Shown here one piece after another: positions 7,582 to 17,628 of a stretch of DNA of 23,174 bases; the stretch's first letter is position 1, and each line of letters starts with the position of its first letter. The translations under genes were made by a program, and so were the position numbers. Source of the stretch: Candidatus Jordarchaeia archaeon (GTDB taxonomy: Archaea > Asgardarchaeota > Jordiarchaeia > Jordiarchaeales > Jordiarchaeaceae); the NCBI GenBank assembly GCA_029856435.1, contig JAHQXB010000032.1:1-23174 (forward strand). The letters run 5' to 3'. The notes below the pieces were generated by a model, which did no database searches, had not been told where the DNA came from, and worked only from the letters and a program-made list of their open reading frames with translations.

Positions 7582-7959
7582 TCAGAAGTCCATTATTTGC
7601 TTTTGTATCCAGTTTGTCAATTTTTGGCACTTGATGGGAGATATTGGTTGGGCTGCACCGCAACGCGTTATTGTTATGCATGTAAAGCAGGGGCAGTCAT
7701 TTAGGGTGTTCCATGTTATTGGCGTTTCTTCTTCTTTATTTGCGTATAGGCGGTATGTCCATCTTCCTTTGTAGAGCTCCTTGACTCTTCTTGCTAAACC
7801 CTTACTTTCAAGCTTTACTGCTATGCGAGAACCTTCCCGGCTATTTACTCCAAGCTTCTTCCAAAGGTCACTCTGAAGTATACCTTTGCTTCCAGCTTCT
7901 AAAACTAGTTCGTAGGCAGTTTCTTCCAAACCTGTCACCTTACACCCAATAGTAACCAA
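7582..7959 (-). CDS. TFE-beta / RPC34-like transcription factor (winged helix plus C-terminal Fe-S Cys cluster)
   Basis: GILQSDLWKKLGVNSREGSRIAVKLESKGL winged helix, GRWTYRL, and CPCFTC...C...C. Exact start is uncertain. Confidence 0.8.
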   Translation of the reverse strand: MVTIGCKVTGLEETAYELVLEAGSKGILQSDLWKKLGVNSREGSRIAVKLESKGLARRVKELYKGRWTYRLYANKEEETPITWNTLNDCPCFTCITITRCGAAQPISPIKCQKLTNWIQKQIMDF

Positions 7960-8233
7960 GAGTAGATTTATTGTTTTAAGGAGGTGTAGCTATTGGTTAG
8001 ACGGACTCCAAATTAAACAATAAAAAGGCAATATTTATACTTTATCATGAAAGTGCTAACCGCAGAAATAACGGTTTTGGAGAAGCACAAATGGTTCCAA
8101 ACGGGTTGCAGGACGTTTGACCTATTCGAAGAAAAAGTGCTAAAAATAAAAGATTTATATAGCATATACATTAAGAAACAATAATTAAATCCCAACCGAG
8201 AAACGCTGTCCAATAGTAAAGGAGTGGAAAACC

Positions 8234-8482
8234 TTGCCAAGGTTTTGTGACTATTGCATAAACAAGGCAAAGTATCGGTGTAAGAGGCACCGGAAAAGTT
8301 TCTGTAGGGATCATGGTTTAAGATGCCCAGGATGCGGAGCTGAACTATGCTTGGAGTGCCTTACCAAGAGGGAATGTCCCAACTGTCATACCGAACTACT
8401 CATTTGCCCCACCTGTCTTTCAAATAAGAAAATAACGCGTCTCAGAGCGGACAATATGAAATGCCCAGTTTGCAATAAGTAG
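8234..8482 (+). CDS. Small Cys/His-rich multi-zinc-finger protein
   Basis: 82 aa with 14 Cys, mostly in CxxC pairs; GGAGTGG upstream of the TTG start. Confidence 0.7.
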   Translation: MPRFCDYCINKAKYRCKRHRKSFCRDHGLRCPGCGAELCLECLTKRECPNCHTELLICPTCLSNKKITRLRADNMKCPVCNK

Positions 8483-8592
8483 TCCAAAATTCTGACAATA
8501 AACATAATCCTATTTTCTAAATGCCTTCATCCTCAGATACATTTGATTTTTCACAAAAAGTTTCTTAATTTTCAAAGTTTAAAATAAATAGT

Positions 8593-9981
8593 ATGTTAAA
8601 AGCGACAATAAAAAACAGTCAAAAGCTTATTGAAAATTCAAGCGGAAAGAACAGGTTGGCCAGAAAAATTACACTGGCTCTAATCGAAACTGCACTGAGA
8701 GCCGCCAATCCTAGAAGTGTGGTGAAAAAAAATCTTCTTTTAAAGAGGAATAAATTAATAATTAAAGGGAAAACTTTTGACCTCAACAGTTTAAACAACA
8801 TCTATGTTGTAGGAGGGGGCAAAGCAAGCGGTGCCATGGCAGAAACAGTGGAAGAAGTTTTAGGGGATAGAATTAGTGGGGGGTGCGTTAACATTCTCAA
8901 AGGCACCAGAAACCAGTTTAAAACCTCCAAAATCGAACTTGTTGAGGCTTCGCATCCCGTCCCCGATATGAATGGGTTGCAGGGAGCCAAGAAAATGATG
9001 AGTTTGGTGGGAGAGGCCCAAGAAGGCGACCTAGTCCTATGTCTAATTTCGGGTGGAGGATCAGCACTCATCCCATTGCCTGTAGAGGGAGTTTCACTAG
9101 AAGACCTCCAAGAGGTCAACAGAGCTTTACTTAAAAGCGGCGCTGAAATAAATGTGATGAACGCTGTGCGTAAACACCTCTCAGCTGTTAAGGGCGGCAA
9201 CCTTGCTAAGGCAGCTTACCCCGCAACAGTTGTTAGCCTAATAATTTCGGATGTAGTAGGCGACCCCCTAGAAACCATCGCTTCTGGTCCAACAGTGCCA
9301 GATCCAACCACATATCAGGACGCCATTAATTACTTAAAGGAATATAATATCTGGGACATTTGTCCCGAAGGAGTAAAGAAGCACCTAAATAGAGGCTTGG
9401 AGGGCAAATATCCAGAAACCCCCAAGCCTGGAGATCCAATTTTTGAGAGGGTGTTTAATCTCATTATTGCTACAAATAGAATGGCGTGTTTAGCGGCTCA
9501 AGAAGAGGGACGGAAGAGGGGATTAAAATCTCTAGTGTTAACAACTTTTCTGGAGGGGGAGGCGAGGGATGCAGGTGTTCTGGTAAGCGGAATCGCTAAA
9601 GAAATATTTTACTACAATATACCTTGGAAGAAGCCGGTAATTGTTATTCTGGGAGGCGAAACCACGGTCACAGTACGGGGTAAGGGGAGAGGGGGAAGAA
9701 ATCAGGAGTTAGCTCTGAGTGCCGCACTAAAGCTAAGAGGAGTTGAGGGAGTTGTTATAGGTTCTGTGGCTAGTGATGGAATCGACGGTTTTTCTAATGC
9801 TGCAGGTGCAATTATTGATGGCCAGACAATTGATGAGGCTAAGAGAAGGGGATTGGACGCTTTGAGCTATCTTTTGGATAATAATTCTACAGCGTTTTTT
9901 GAGAGTATAGATGATTGTTTGGTTTTTACCGGTCCCACGGGAACTAACGTGAATGACTTGGTTTTCATAGCGGTGGTCTAA
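8593..9981 (+). CDS. Glycerate 2-kinase (MOFRL/GckA family)
   Basis: GGGKAS, EASHPVPD, LISGGGSAL, VRKHLSAVKGG, SDVVGD, GGETTV, GGRNQE, SDGIDG and TGTNVND. Confidence 0.92.
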   Translation: MLKATIKNSQKLIENSSGKNRLARKITLALIETALRAANPRSVVKKNLLLKRNKLIIKGKTFDLNSLNNIYVVGGGKASGAMAETVEEVLGDRISGGCVNILKGTRNQFKTSKIELVEASHPVPDMNGLQGAKKMMSLVGEAQEGDLVLCLISGGGSALIPLPVEGVSLEDLQEVNRALLKSGAEINVMNAVRKHLSAVKGGNLAKAAYPATVVSLIISDVVGDPLETIASGPTVPDPTTYQDAINYLKEYNIWDICPEGVKKHLNRGLEGKYPETPKPGDPIFERVFNLIIATNRMACLAAQEEGRKRGLKSLVLTTFLEGEARDAGVLVSGIAKEIFYYNIPWKKPVIVILGGETTVTVRGKGRGGRNQELALSAALKLRGVEGVVIGSVASDGIDGFSNAAGAIIDGQTIDEAKRRGLDALSYLLDNNSTAFFESIDDCLVFTGPTGTNVNDLVFIAVV

Positions 9982-9983
9982 AT

Positions 9984-10036
9984 TTTTTGACGCTCTCCAC
10001 GAAGGTCGGCGGCTTTCTCGCCAACAATTTTGTAAA
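9984..10036 (+). repeat. Dispersed intergenic repeat, copy 2
   Basis: Aligns by eye with 6824-6877. Confidence 0.7.
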
Positions 10037-10101
10037 TAACTTAAATAGGATTCCGAACAATTGCTTTAATGTATGTGACGGAAATATTGGTGAATTTTTA
10101 A

Positions 10102-10947
10102 ATGGTTAAAGATTTGTCAAGGTTCTTAAAAGAGGGGCTTCTTGAAGCCTTACCCCCGCTTCCCCCTTCTGTTAATATGGCTTTGGCCGGATTGATGACT
10201 TTGGTTGTGTGTGTTGCCACTATGGCTTTTCAGATGTATTTTCCACTTTCCCAAGGTTACATCAATGCATGTGAAGGCGCCATATATGTAATTGCTCTAC
10301 TCTTTGGGCCAATTATTGGTGGCATCGCGGGGGGAATAGGCTCAATGCTTGCCAACGTTTTTCTGGGCTTTAACCAATATGCTCTCGGCACGCTGATATT
10401 TAAGGGGGGAGAAGGCCTAGCAGTGGGTCTTTTGGGGTATAAATTCCGTCTTTTATTTAAAAGGTGGTGGAGGCTCCTAGGCATAATTATGTGTGGTGGG
10501 ATTTCTGGCCTGATTCTCTACGTGGGTATACGTTATTTAACGGGTTTTGCAGAAATTTATGGAGGAGTTCAACCCTGGTGGTGGAGCTCTAGTTTATTTG
10601 GTGCATATTTTCAGTATGGATGGTGGTACACTCTTGTTAACGTTCCGTGGTGGACTTGGCTTATTATATCCTCATGTTTCGGTTTGCTGTTCTTATGTTT
10701 GATTCTTAATGTGGATGCATCTGTTGGTTGGAGCGCTCTTGCCACAATTGGGGGTGGCCTTCTCATAATATTAGGATACTTCATTATAGAACAATTCTTC
10801 CTAGGCCTCCCGGGTACCAGTATTGCCACCACCACGGGCCAAATTCTCTTAGGCATAATTATAGCCATACCAATAGAGACAGCTATGAGAAAAATTTCAC
10901 CAGAAATTGTTGTCCAAAATTATAGCTGGGAGAAACAAGAAAAATAG
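10102..10947 (+). CDS. ECF transporter S component with additional transmembrane insert
   Basis: GYIN...IYVIALLFGPIIGGIAGGIGSMLA..FLG...GTLIFKGGEG and C-terminal GQILLGIIIAIP; hydrophobic throughout. Confidence 0.75.
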   Translation: MVKDLSRFLKEGLLEALPPLPPSVNMALAGLMTLVVCVATMAFQMYFPLSQGYINACEGAIYVIALLFGPIIGGIAGGIGSMLANVFLGFNQYALGTLIFKGGEGLAVGLLGYKFRLLFKRWWRLLGIIMCGGISGLILYVGIRYLTGFAEIYGGVQPWWWSSSLFGAYFQYGWWYTLVNVPWWTWLIISSCFGLLFLCLILNVDASVGWSALATIGGGLLIILGYFIIEQFFLGLPGTSIATTTGQILLGIIIAIPIETAMRKISPEIVVQNYSWEKQEK

Positions 10948-11383
10948 GTTGCAAAATTGTGTCTTTAAATTATATCTTTAATTTCTTCTTGGAAAAATTA
11001 ACTACACTGTAGTTAAACACTTATTTTGTTCTCAGCAGACATGTAGATATAGTAGGGTATAATGGACTTAATTTTTACCATTTTTAGTTACTAGAGAGGA
11101 TGACTTAGGGTTCTTTTTGAGAAATCGGGGTTTGAAACAGCCACATTTTTGTGAGGGAGCGCGTCCTTCGAGTCATTACTGAAGTTTCTTCCCTTCTCCA
11201 TAAAGCATGTAATTAATTTTCGTATCAGTGATTTTCCTTGGCAGACATTCTGTTATAGTTTATTCCCCTTATGAGGAGTTTATAAGCGTACGAGAAATTT
11301 TAATAGTGGACACTGTTCTCCTAGATTTAGGAAAAAGGGCTATTAGTGAAATGTATATTCGAGTTTTTAGGAGAGTATTGTGA

Positions 11384-11944
11384 TTGGAGCCGGGTGGCGG
11401 AACAGTATCTGATGTTCAGTTTGACGTTTCCCGCTATTTTCTCAGATTCGAGAACAGCACAGTAAAAGTCATAGTAGTAAAAGACCATCCAAAAATTGAA
11501 GTGGGTAAGAGAAGCATTGGTCCTTTTGTGGAAGGTAGAGAGATGAGTCTCAGACTCTGGGAGGCTGCGGAACTAGTTCAGAGTGGAATCGTGAAATACA
11601 AGGAGGAAACCAAGTTTGACATATCAGAACTATATAAGCAGACTTGGAGCGAATCGAATAAGCCTCAACTCCAACAAATCGACCCCAATTTTTACCAAAA
11701 ACTTAGAATGTATTACTCTGACCCCAATGTGGAAGACTCAGAGAAGAGGAAGGTGGAGGACATGGTAACGGATCTGGTATCACAACGCCTATCTAAGATT
11801 CTAAAAATAGCCCTCAGAGGGGGAAGTAGATCAGAGATGACCAAGAATATGACTGAAGAAGAAAAGTGGCTATACGATAGGCTGAACAGTCTACTCCGAA
11901 GCTGGGAGAGAGAATTACGTACTTTTAAAAGGGAGGCGGATTAA
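11384..11944 (+). CDS. gins23: GINS23 (Psf2/Psf3-like) replication factor
   Basis: B-then-A domain order: KVIVVKD..IGPF..G....LRLWEAAELVQSG, then IDPNFYQKL and MTEEEKWLY. Lies directly upstream of mcm. Confidence 0.82.
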   Translation: MEPGGGTVSDVQFDVSRYFLRFENSTVKVIVVKDHPKIEVGKRSIGPFVEGREMSLRLWEAAELVQSGIVKYKEETKFDISELYKQTWSESNKPQLQQIDPNFYQKLRMYYSDPNVEDSEKRKVEDMVTDLVSQRLSKILKIALRGGSRSEMTKNMTEEEKWLYDRLNSLLRSWERELRTFKREAD

Positions 11945-12009
11945 GAATAAAACATAGAAAAAAATATTCTAAATTCGAGAAACCATAATTTTTTTAAGAG
12001 GAGAAAGTA

Positions 12010-14064
12010 ATGCTTGGAGAGGCTCCCGCGGAGCGGTTTGAAAACTTTGTGAAAACTTATCGCACAGAATCCGGCTCAATGGAGTATCGCGAAAAAATTC
12101 GAAAAATGACTGTAACAGGTGAACAAAGCCTAGTTGTCAATTTTGACGATCTGATAAGATTCGACCCAGAACTGGCCAAAACAGTACTAGAAAAACCGGA
12201 AAAAACAATTAGTGAAATTAATCAGGCGTTAAAAAGGATAATAGAGGCAGAGGATCCAGAGTTCGCTGAAACTATGCAAAACTTTTATGTGCGTTTCGCT
12301 AAACTGCCTGAGGAATATCACATTAACCTCAGAAAAATTAGGTCAGAACACATAAACAAGCTCATAATGGTAAGCGGAATTCTGACCAGAGCCAGCGAAG
12401 TAAAACCCAAACTAGTAGAAGCGGTATATGTGTGCCAGAGATGCGGCGAAACTATGATTGTAGCCCAGCAAGATGCAAAAATAATACAACCCTCAGAGTG
12501 CTACAATCCCAACTGTAGAAGAAAAGGACCCTTCAAACTAATCATAGAAGAATCAAGATTTATCGACTGGCAAAAAATAAGAATACAGGAAAAACCAGAG
12601 GAACTACCGCCAGGCCAACTACCCCGCAGCCTAGATTCCATACTCACCGACGACATTGTAGACATTGCAAGGCCCGGAGACAGAATCACACTAACCGGAA
12701 TACTCCGCACCACACCAGAAGTCGCAACTAGGGGAGGGAGCTTGGTAACCTTCAGAACCTTCCTCGAAGTAAACTATGTAGATGTCTCAGAGGTTGAATT
12801 CGAAACAGTGGAGATAACAGAGGAAGAAGAGAGAAAGATCAAAGAACTGGCAGAAGATCCCTTCATACACCAAAAGATAGTTCGTTCCATAGCCCCCAGC
12901 ATTTATGGAATGGAAAACATAAAGGAAGCTGTAGCCCTACTACTCTTCGGGGGACAACCCAAGGTTATGGAGGACGGCGTCACAATAAGAGGAGAAGTCA
13001 ACGTTTTAATAGTGGGGGACCCCGGAACCGCCAAAAGTCAGCTCCTACAGTACGTAGCACGCATTGCACCCCGGGGTTTATACACCTCGGGAAAAGGAAC
13101 CACCGCAGCCGGACTAACAGCTGCGGTTCTTCGCGACCCAGACACAGGAGCCATGATTCTGGAGGCAGGAGCGCTGGTACTCGCAGACCGCGGAGTAGCT
13201 TGTGTAGACGAAATGGACAAGATGAGGGATCAGGATAGAGTAGCCATCCACGAAGCAATGGAGCAGGGAACAGTATCCATCGCCAAGGCAGGTATAGTGT
13301 CCACGCTTAACGCCCGCACCGCGATACTTGCAGCGGCAAACCCGGCACTGGGAAGGTGGAATCCGTTCAAAACAGTTAGTGAAAACCTGAAACTACCTGT
13401 AACAATACTCTCCCGTTTTGACCTAATTTTTGTACTTGTGGACCGACCCCTAGAGGAACAGGACAGAATGATGACAGAGCACATACTCTCTATGCATAGG
13501 ACTCGCACTGTTGAAAAGGCACCCCCAATTCCACCCGAACTTTTGAGGAAATATTTTATATACGCAAGGAATAACGTTCAACCCAAGTTGACCCCAGAGT
13601 CGGCGGAAAAGTTGAGAGAATTCTACTTAGAAATGAGAAAAATGGGAGAACAGCCGGACGCCCCAGTACCCATAACAGCTCGCCAGCTAGAAGCCTTGGT
13701 TAGACTTTCAGAAGCCAGAGCCCGCATGGCTCTTCGGGAAGAAGTTACACCTGAAGATGCAGAGGCAGTAATCAGGCTTATGAGATTCTCACTAAAGCAA
13801 GTTGGTACAGACGAACATGGACTATTTGATATTGACAGCATCTACGTAGGGGTTACCAAGAGTCAAAGGGACAAGATGGAAGCAATTCTGAACATTATAC
13901 GAACCCTAGAAGAACAAACAGAGGCCCCTGTTCCTGTAAACGTTATCATAGAGAAGGCTGAGTTAGAGAATATCGACGCTGCGTTCGTCAACCGAGCCTT
14001 AACCCAGTTGAAAAATGATGGAATACTATTTGAGCCTAAGCCGGGTTTTGTAAAGAGAGCCTAA
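12010..14064 (+). CDS. mcm: Minichromosome maintenance helicase MCM
   Basis: Zn finger CQRC/CYNPNC, FIDWQKIRIQE, Walker A GDPGTAKSQ, Walker B VDEMDK, SRFD arginine finger, ITARQLE. No intein seen. Confidence 0.97.
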   Translation: MLGEAPAERFENFVKTYRTESGSMEYREKIRKMTVTGEQSLVVNFDDLIRFDPELAKTVLEKPEKTISEINQALKRIIEAEDPEFAETMQNFYVRFAKLPEEYHINLRKIRSEHINKLIMVSGILTRASEVKPKLVEAVYVCQRCGETMIVAQQDAKIIQPSECYNPNCRRKGPFKLIIEESRFIDWQKIRIQEKPEELPPGQLPRSLDSILTDDIVDIARPGDRITLTGILRTTPEVATRGGSLVTFRTFLEVNYVDVSEVEFETVEITEEEERKIKELAEDPFIHQKIVRSIAPSIYGMENIKEAVALLLFGGQPKVMEDGVTIRGEVNVLIVGDPGTAKSQLLQYVARIAPRGLYTSGKGTTAAGLTAAVLRDPDTGAMILEAGALVLADRGVACVDEMDKMRDQDRVAIHEAMEQGTVSIAKAGIVSTLNARTAILAAANPALGRWNPFKTVSENLKLPVTILSRFDLIFVLVDRPLEEQDRMMTEHILSMHRTRTVEKAPPIPPELLRKYFIYARNNVQPKLTPESAEKLREFYLEMRKMGEQPDAPVPITARQLEALVRLSEARARMALREEVTPEDAEAVIRLMRFSLKQVGTDEHGLFDIDSIYVGVTKSQRDKMEAILNIIRTLEEQTEAPVPVNVIIEKAELENIDAAFVNRALTQLKNDGILFEPKPGFVKRA

Positions 14065-14255
14065 ACCCAAACCAGAAGATGAAAACATAGAAGAAAAGGT
14101 TAAGATAAAATAATCACTTCAAAGGATTGGTTGTATAAGCTACATGGAACTCTGTAAACCTAATAGAGTAGTGCTTTTGCCAGAATTTAGTAGTGGTCTT
14201 TAATGGAGACGCATACATGGTCTTTGTGATTGTACTTTTTGCTATATTGTTTTGT

Positions 14256-14720
14256 TTAAGCGGTGATCGGGGTCTCGTCTGTGGGAATAGGGACCGCTCC
14301 GCTCTCTGAGGGATAGTAGCGGTTTAGAAGTATCCTGTATGACCTCTCTATGTTTTCGAGACGTTCTTGGTACCTTTTGACTATGCTCATAATCTTTTTG
14401 ATACTTGAGTCTTTGTTAAATATGGTGGTTAGCACTCCTAGGTTTCCTATACCCTGGATTAAGATGTTACCGTCTTTTCCGCTTATTAGTACTTTTTTCA
14501 CTTCTCCCCTTCCTAAATGGTTTGCCAGAGTTGCACCAATGTAAAATGCTGCGGTTTTGGCGCAGGCAATAAAGTCCCTGTCAACATCCTCTTTTAGAGT
14601 GCTTGCGAGAAGTCTTCCGTCTGCATAGGTAAAGGTGGAGAAGTCTATCTCGGGATTTTCTTTTTCCATTTCCTTCAAAATATATAATGCTTGGTTACAC
14701 AAAGTCCGAAATTGATTCAT
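14256..14720 (-). CDS. Roadblock/LC7 (MglB-like) domain protein
   Basis: DGRLLASTL...LGRGEVKKVLISGKDGNILIQGIG..GVLT is a typical Roadblock pattern. Confidence 0.78.
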   Translation of the reverse strand: MNQFRTLCNQALYILKEMEKENPEIDFSTFTYADGRLLASTLKEDVDRDFIACAKTAAFYIGATLANHLGRGEVKKVLISGKDGNILIQGIGNLGVLTTIFNKDSSIKKIMSIVKRYQERLENIERSYRILLNRYYPSESGAVPIPTDETPITA

Positions 14721-15039
14721 TTCTTTTCTATTCCTCCATCAAAAGTTCTCAGAGCCTTGTTTACTATTAAGAGCACTCCGCAGACTCAGTTTCCAGATAT
14801 CACCATTTAACAGAGCTGCGAAGACTCTAAACAGCTAAGAAGAATATCTGAGTACGCTTAATAAACACCACATAATTTCCCGACCAAAACCAAAGGCGTG
14901 AAATACAATGAATGAATCAAAGAAAAAATTTCCTAGAGAAATACGAGTTAAAAAACGAATTCAAAAAATTATATTGTAGAAAGTTAAGAAAAACAAAAGT
15001 TTTTAAAAAATTTAGAAGTGCTCTTAGAAAAGTAGAAGG

Positions 15040-16425
15040 CTATTCTACAGTGTTAGCCCATGGAACCATTTCTTTAAGCTGCCTCATTGCCTCCTCAACT
15101 TTCTCCTTCGGATATTCGTATGGTATCAGTTTACCAGCATGGAAATCGTCAAAAGCCTGCATATCAAAGTGTCCGTGTCCACAAAGCAGGAACAGTATGG
15201 TTTTCCTCTCGCCTGTTTCCTTACATTTTAGTGCCTCATCGATTGTAGCTTTAATGGCGTGAGAGGGTTCGGGTGCAGGGATTATGCCCTCAGTCTTGGT
15301 AAACATTGTAGCCGCTTCGAATACTTCTACTTGGTTATAAGCTTTGACACCTACTTTGCCCTCTTTATAAAGTAAGCATAGTGTGGGGGCTTTTCCATGG
15401 TATCTTAAGCCTCCTGCATGTATTGGGGGTGGAATAAATGTGTGTCCCAGTGTGTACATTTTGAGCATGGGGCCTGACGCTGCCACATCTGGAAAGTCGT
15501 ACATGTATTTGCCCTTTGTAATAGAGGGACACGCTGTTGGTTCAACTGCAACGAACTCGCAGTTTTTGGGAGCCTTTTTTGCCACTTTTTCATAGTAAAA
15601 TGGCCAGAATAAGCCTGAGAAGCTGCTTCCGCCACCGATGCAACCAAAGATGACGTCGGGATAGTCGTCTATCTGTTCAAACTGTTTTAGGGCCTCCTGG
15701 CCAACAACTGTCTGGTGTAAGAGCACGTGGTTAAGTACGCTTCCTAGCGCATATTTTGTGGCATTATTTGAGAGTGCATCCTCCATCGCTTCGCTTATAG
15801 CTAATCCGAGGCTTCCTGTATTGTCTGGATCCCTAGCTAGTACTTTTCTGCCGAATTCCGTATTGTTACTTGGGCTTGCAAATACTTCGGCTCCCCAGTT
15901 TTCCATTAGAACCCGGCGGTAAGGTTTCTGCAGATAGCTAACTTTTACCATGTATATTCTTGATTTGATACCAAACATTTTGCATGCGAATGCCAGGGCA
16001 GAACCCCACTGGCCTGCACCTGTTTCAGTTGTTATGCATTCTATTCCCTCTTTCATATTAAAGTAGGCTTGAGCCACGGAGGTGTTGCTTTTGTGGCTTC
16101 CTGGTGGGCTTACCCCCTCGTATTTGTAGTAGATTTTCGCGGGTGTTTTTAGGGCTTTTTCTAAGCTTAGTGCTCTGTAAAGTGGTGTTGGCCTCCAGAT
16201 TCTGTAGATTTCCCGTACTTCTTCTGGTATCTTTATCCACCTTTCTTGGCTAACCTCTTGTTTTACTAGTTCCTTGGCGAATACTGCTTCTAATACTTCG
16301 GGAGATGGTGGTGCTCTAGTTTTAGGGTCGAGAGGTGGGGGTAAGGGTTTTGGAAGGTCTGGTTGTATATTATACCATTGTTTGGGTATTTCTTCCTCAT
16401 CTAACAGTATTTTTCTGGTTGACAA
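15040..16425 (-). CDS. trpB2: Tryptophan synthase beta chain 2 (TrpB2)
   Basis: [20 protein letters not shown] lysine [15 protein letters not shown] and [10 protein letters not shown]. Start moved to TTG 16425 with GGGTGA upstream. Confidence 0.93.
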   Translation of the reverse strand: MSTRKILLDEEEIPKQWYNIQPDLPKPLPPPLDPKTRAPPSPEVLEAVFAKELVKQEVSQERWIKIPEEVREIYRIWRPTPLYRALSLEKALKTPAKIYYKYEGVSPPGSHKSNTSVAQAYFNMKEGIECITTETGAGQWGSALAFACKMFGIKSRIYMVKVSYLQKPYRRVLMENWGAEVFASPSNNTEFGRKVLARDPDNTGSLGLAISEAMEDALSNNATKYALGSVLNHVLLHQTVVGQEALKQFEQIDDYPDVIFGCIGGGSSFSGLFWPFYYEKVAKKAPKNCEFVAVEPTACPSITKGKYMYDFPDVAASGPMLKMYTLGHTFIPPPIHAGGLRYHGKAPTLCLLYKEGKVGVKAYNQVEVFEAATMFTKTEGIIPAPEPSHAIKATIDEALKCKETGERKTILFLLCGHGHFDMQAFDDFHAGKLIPYEYPKEKVEEAMRQLKEMVPWANTVE

Positions 16426-16598
16426 ATATTTCACCCATTTACTTTTTTTGATGTTCTTTTCGTGTTTTGGGTACTCTGCCGGCTGATTGTGTTTCAGTGC
16501 ATATATGAACACTATTTGGTATATAAGTTAAATATAAATCTTACGTGTACAAAAATATACATATAGACATATAAAGCGCCTCAAGAGGAGAATTAATT

Positions 16599-17102
16599 AT
16601 GTGGCGAAAAACTGCAGAATACTTCTCAAACCATCAAGAAAGACTCAGCGTAGCCAGAGTACTTGTGGAGAACGGTTTGAATATCAAAAACGGAAAAATA
16701 TACTGTAATGAGATTGAAATTCCGATCAAGAGAATAGCTCAAGCAGCAAAGGTTGATAGAAGAACGGTTCTAGAAACCATCAAAATGATCAACAAAAATG
16801 AAGAGCTAAAAACAATTTTTACACTTATGAGATCCGCAGGACTTTCCCTAAAAGAAATAGCGCGACCCCTCAACCTGGGAGTGGTTGAAATCACAGCCGA
16901 TGACCCTCGAAGTGTGGGCATACTAGCTGGCGCCGCCACCATTCTAGCCAATGAGGGAATAAGCATCAGGCAGGCACTCACAGACGATCCCGAACTCAGC
17001 CCCGAGCCCAGACTAACACTTATTGCCGATAGAAAAATACCCGGGGAACTAATACCGAAATTTTTAGAGATAAAAGGTGTAGCCAAGGTTTCAATTTATT
17101 AA
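16599..17102 (+). CDS. ACT-domain amino-acid metabolism regulator (COG2150-like)
   Basis: N-terminal HTH-like IAQAAKVDRRTV and C-terminal ACT (GILAGAATILANEGISIRQA..DPE). GAGGAG RBS; divergent from trpB2. Confidence 0.85.
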   Translation: MWRKTAEYFSNHQERLSVARVLVENGLNIKNGKIYCNEIEIPIKRIAQAAKVDRRTVLETIKMINKNEELKTIFTLMRSAGLSLKEIARPLNLGVVEITADDPRSVGILAGAATILANEGISIRQALTDDPELSPEPRLTLIADRKIPGELIPKFLEIKGVAKVSIY

Positions 17103-17148
17103 ACTAATCGGTAAAAAAAATTAAAAAAGTTAAAAAAGGTGAAAGTAT

Positions 17149-17628
17149 TCAGACACTCTGCTGGTCTACCCGCCAAACTCCGTCTTCATCTATGCGGACG
17201 GTGCAAGGCACAGGGAAGCCCCTATCACTGCCGTCAGAGTTCTTGCGTTTAAAGAGGAATCTTCTCTGATTTGGAAACGGAGCCTTATCCTCTTTTAGAA
17301 ATTCATAGTAGACTCCGTAGTCCTCTATGTAATGTCTACCTGTATTCCACCAGAAGCTTGCGGTTGAACCTCCTAAGTCGACAGTTTTTTGTAATTGAAG
17401 GGACAGTGTTTCTACCCATCCCTTGCGGTCTCCCCTTTGGAGACATTCGTAGGCCTTTATTGCTACTTCCTTAGGATCACCTCTAGCTTCGGGTGTCTTT
17501 GATTTAACCGCCATATCAGATATTTTTCCCAGAACTTGTCCTGCAGTCTTGTCGGTCGCTTTTGTAGTTCCCGTAGCGGCGGCTCGCTTTCCTACCTCTT
17601 CTGCCTTTTTCTTCAATTTGTCGAACAA
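17149..17628 (-). CDS. Hypothetical protein (possible NTF2/SnoaL-like C-terminal domain)
   Basis: TTG 17628 with GGAGG 7 nt upstream; PKEVAIKAYECLQRGD...GVWRVD pattern. Confidence 0.6.
   Translation of the reverse strand: MFDKLKKKAEEVGKRAAATGTTKATDKTAGQVLGKISDMAVKSKTPEARGDPKEVAIKAYECLQRGDRKGWVETLSLQLQKTVDLGGSTASFWWNTGRHYIEDYGVYYEFLKEDKAPFPNQRRFLFKRKNSDGSDRGFPVPCTVRIDEDGVWRVDQQSV

Noticed and set aside
10948-11383. Replication origin upstream of gins23-mcm
   Set aside because: AT-rich, but I saw no ORB-like repeats and there is no orc1/cdc6 gene.
12010-14064. Intein or intron in mcm
   Set aside because: Normal length with contiguous motifs.
14912-15262. 116-aa plus-strand ORF and other short antisense ORFs in the track
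   Set aside because: They are shadows of real genes on the opposite strand or AT-rich spacer sequence, with no recognisable motifs.
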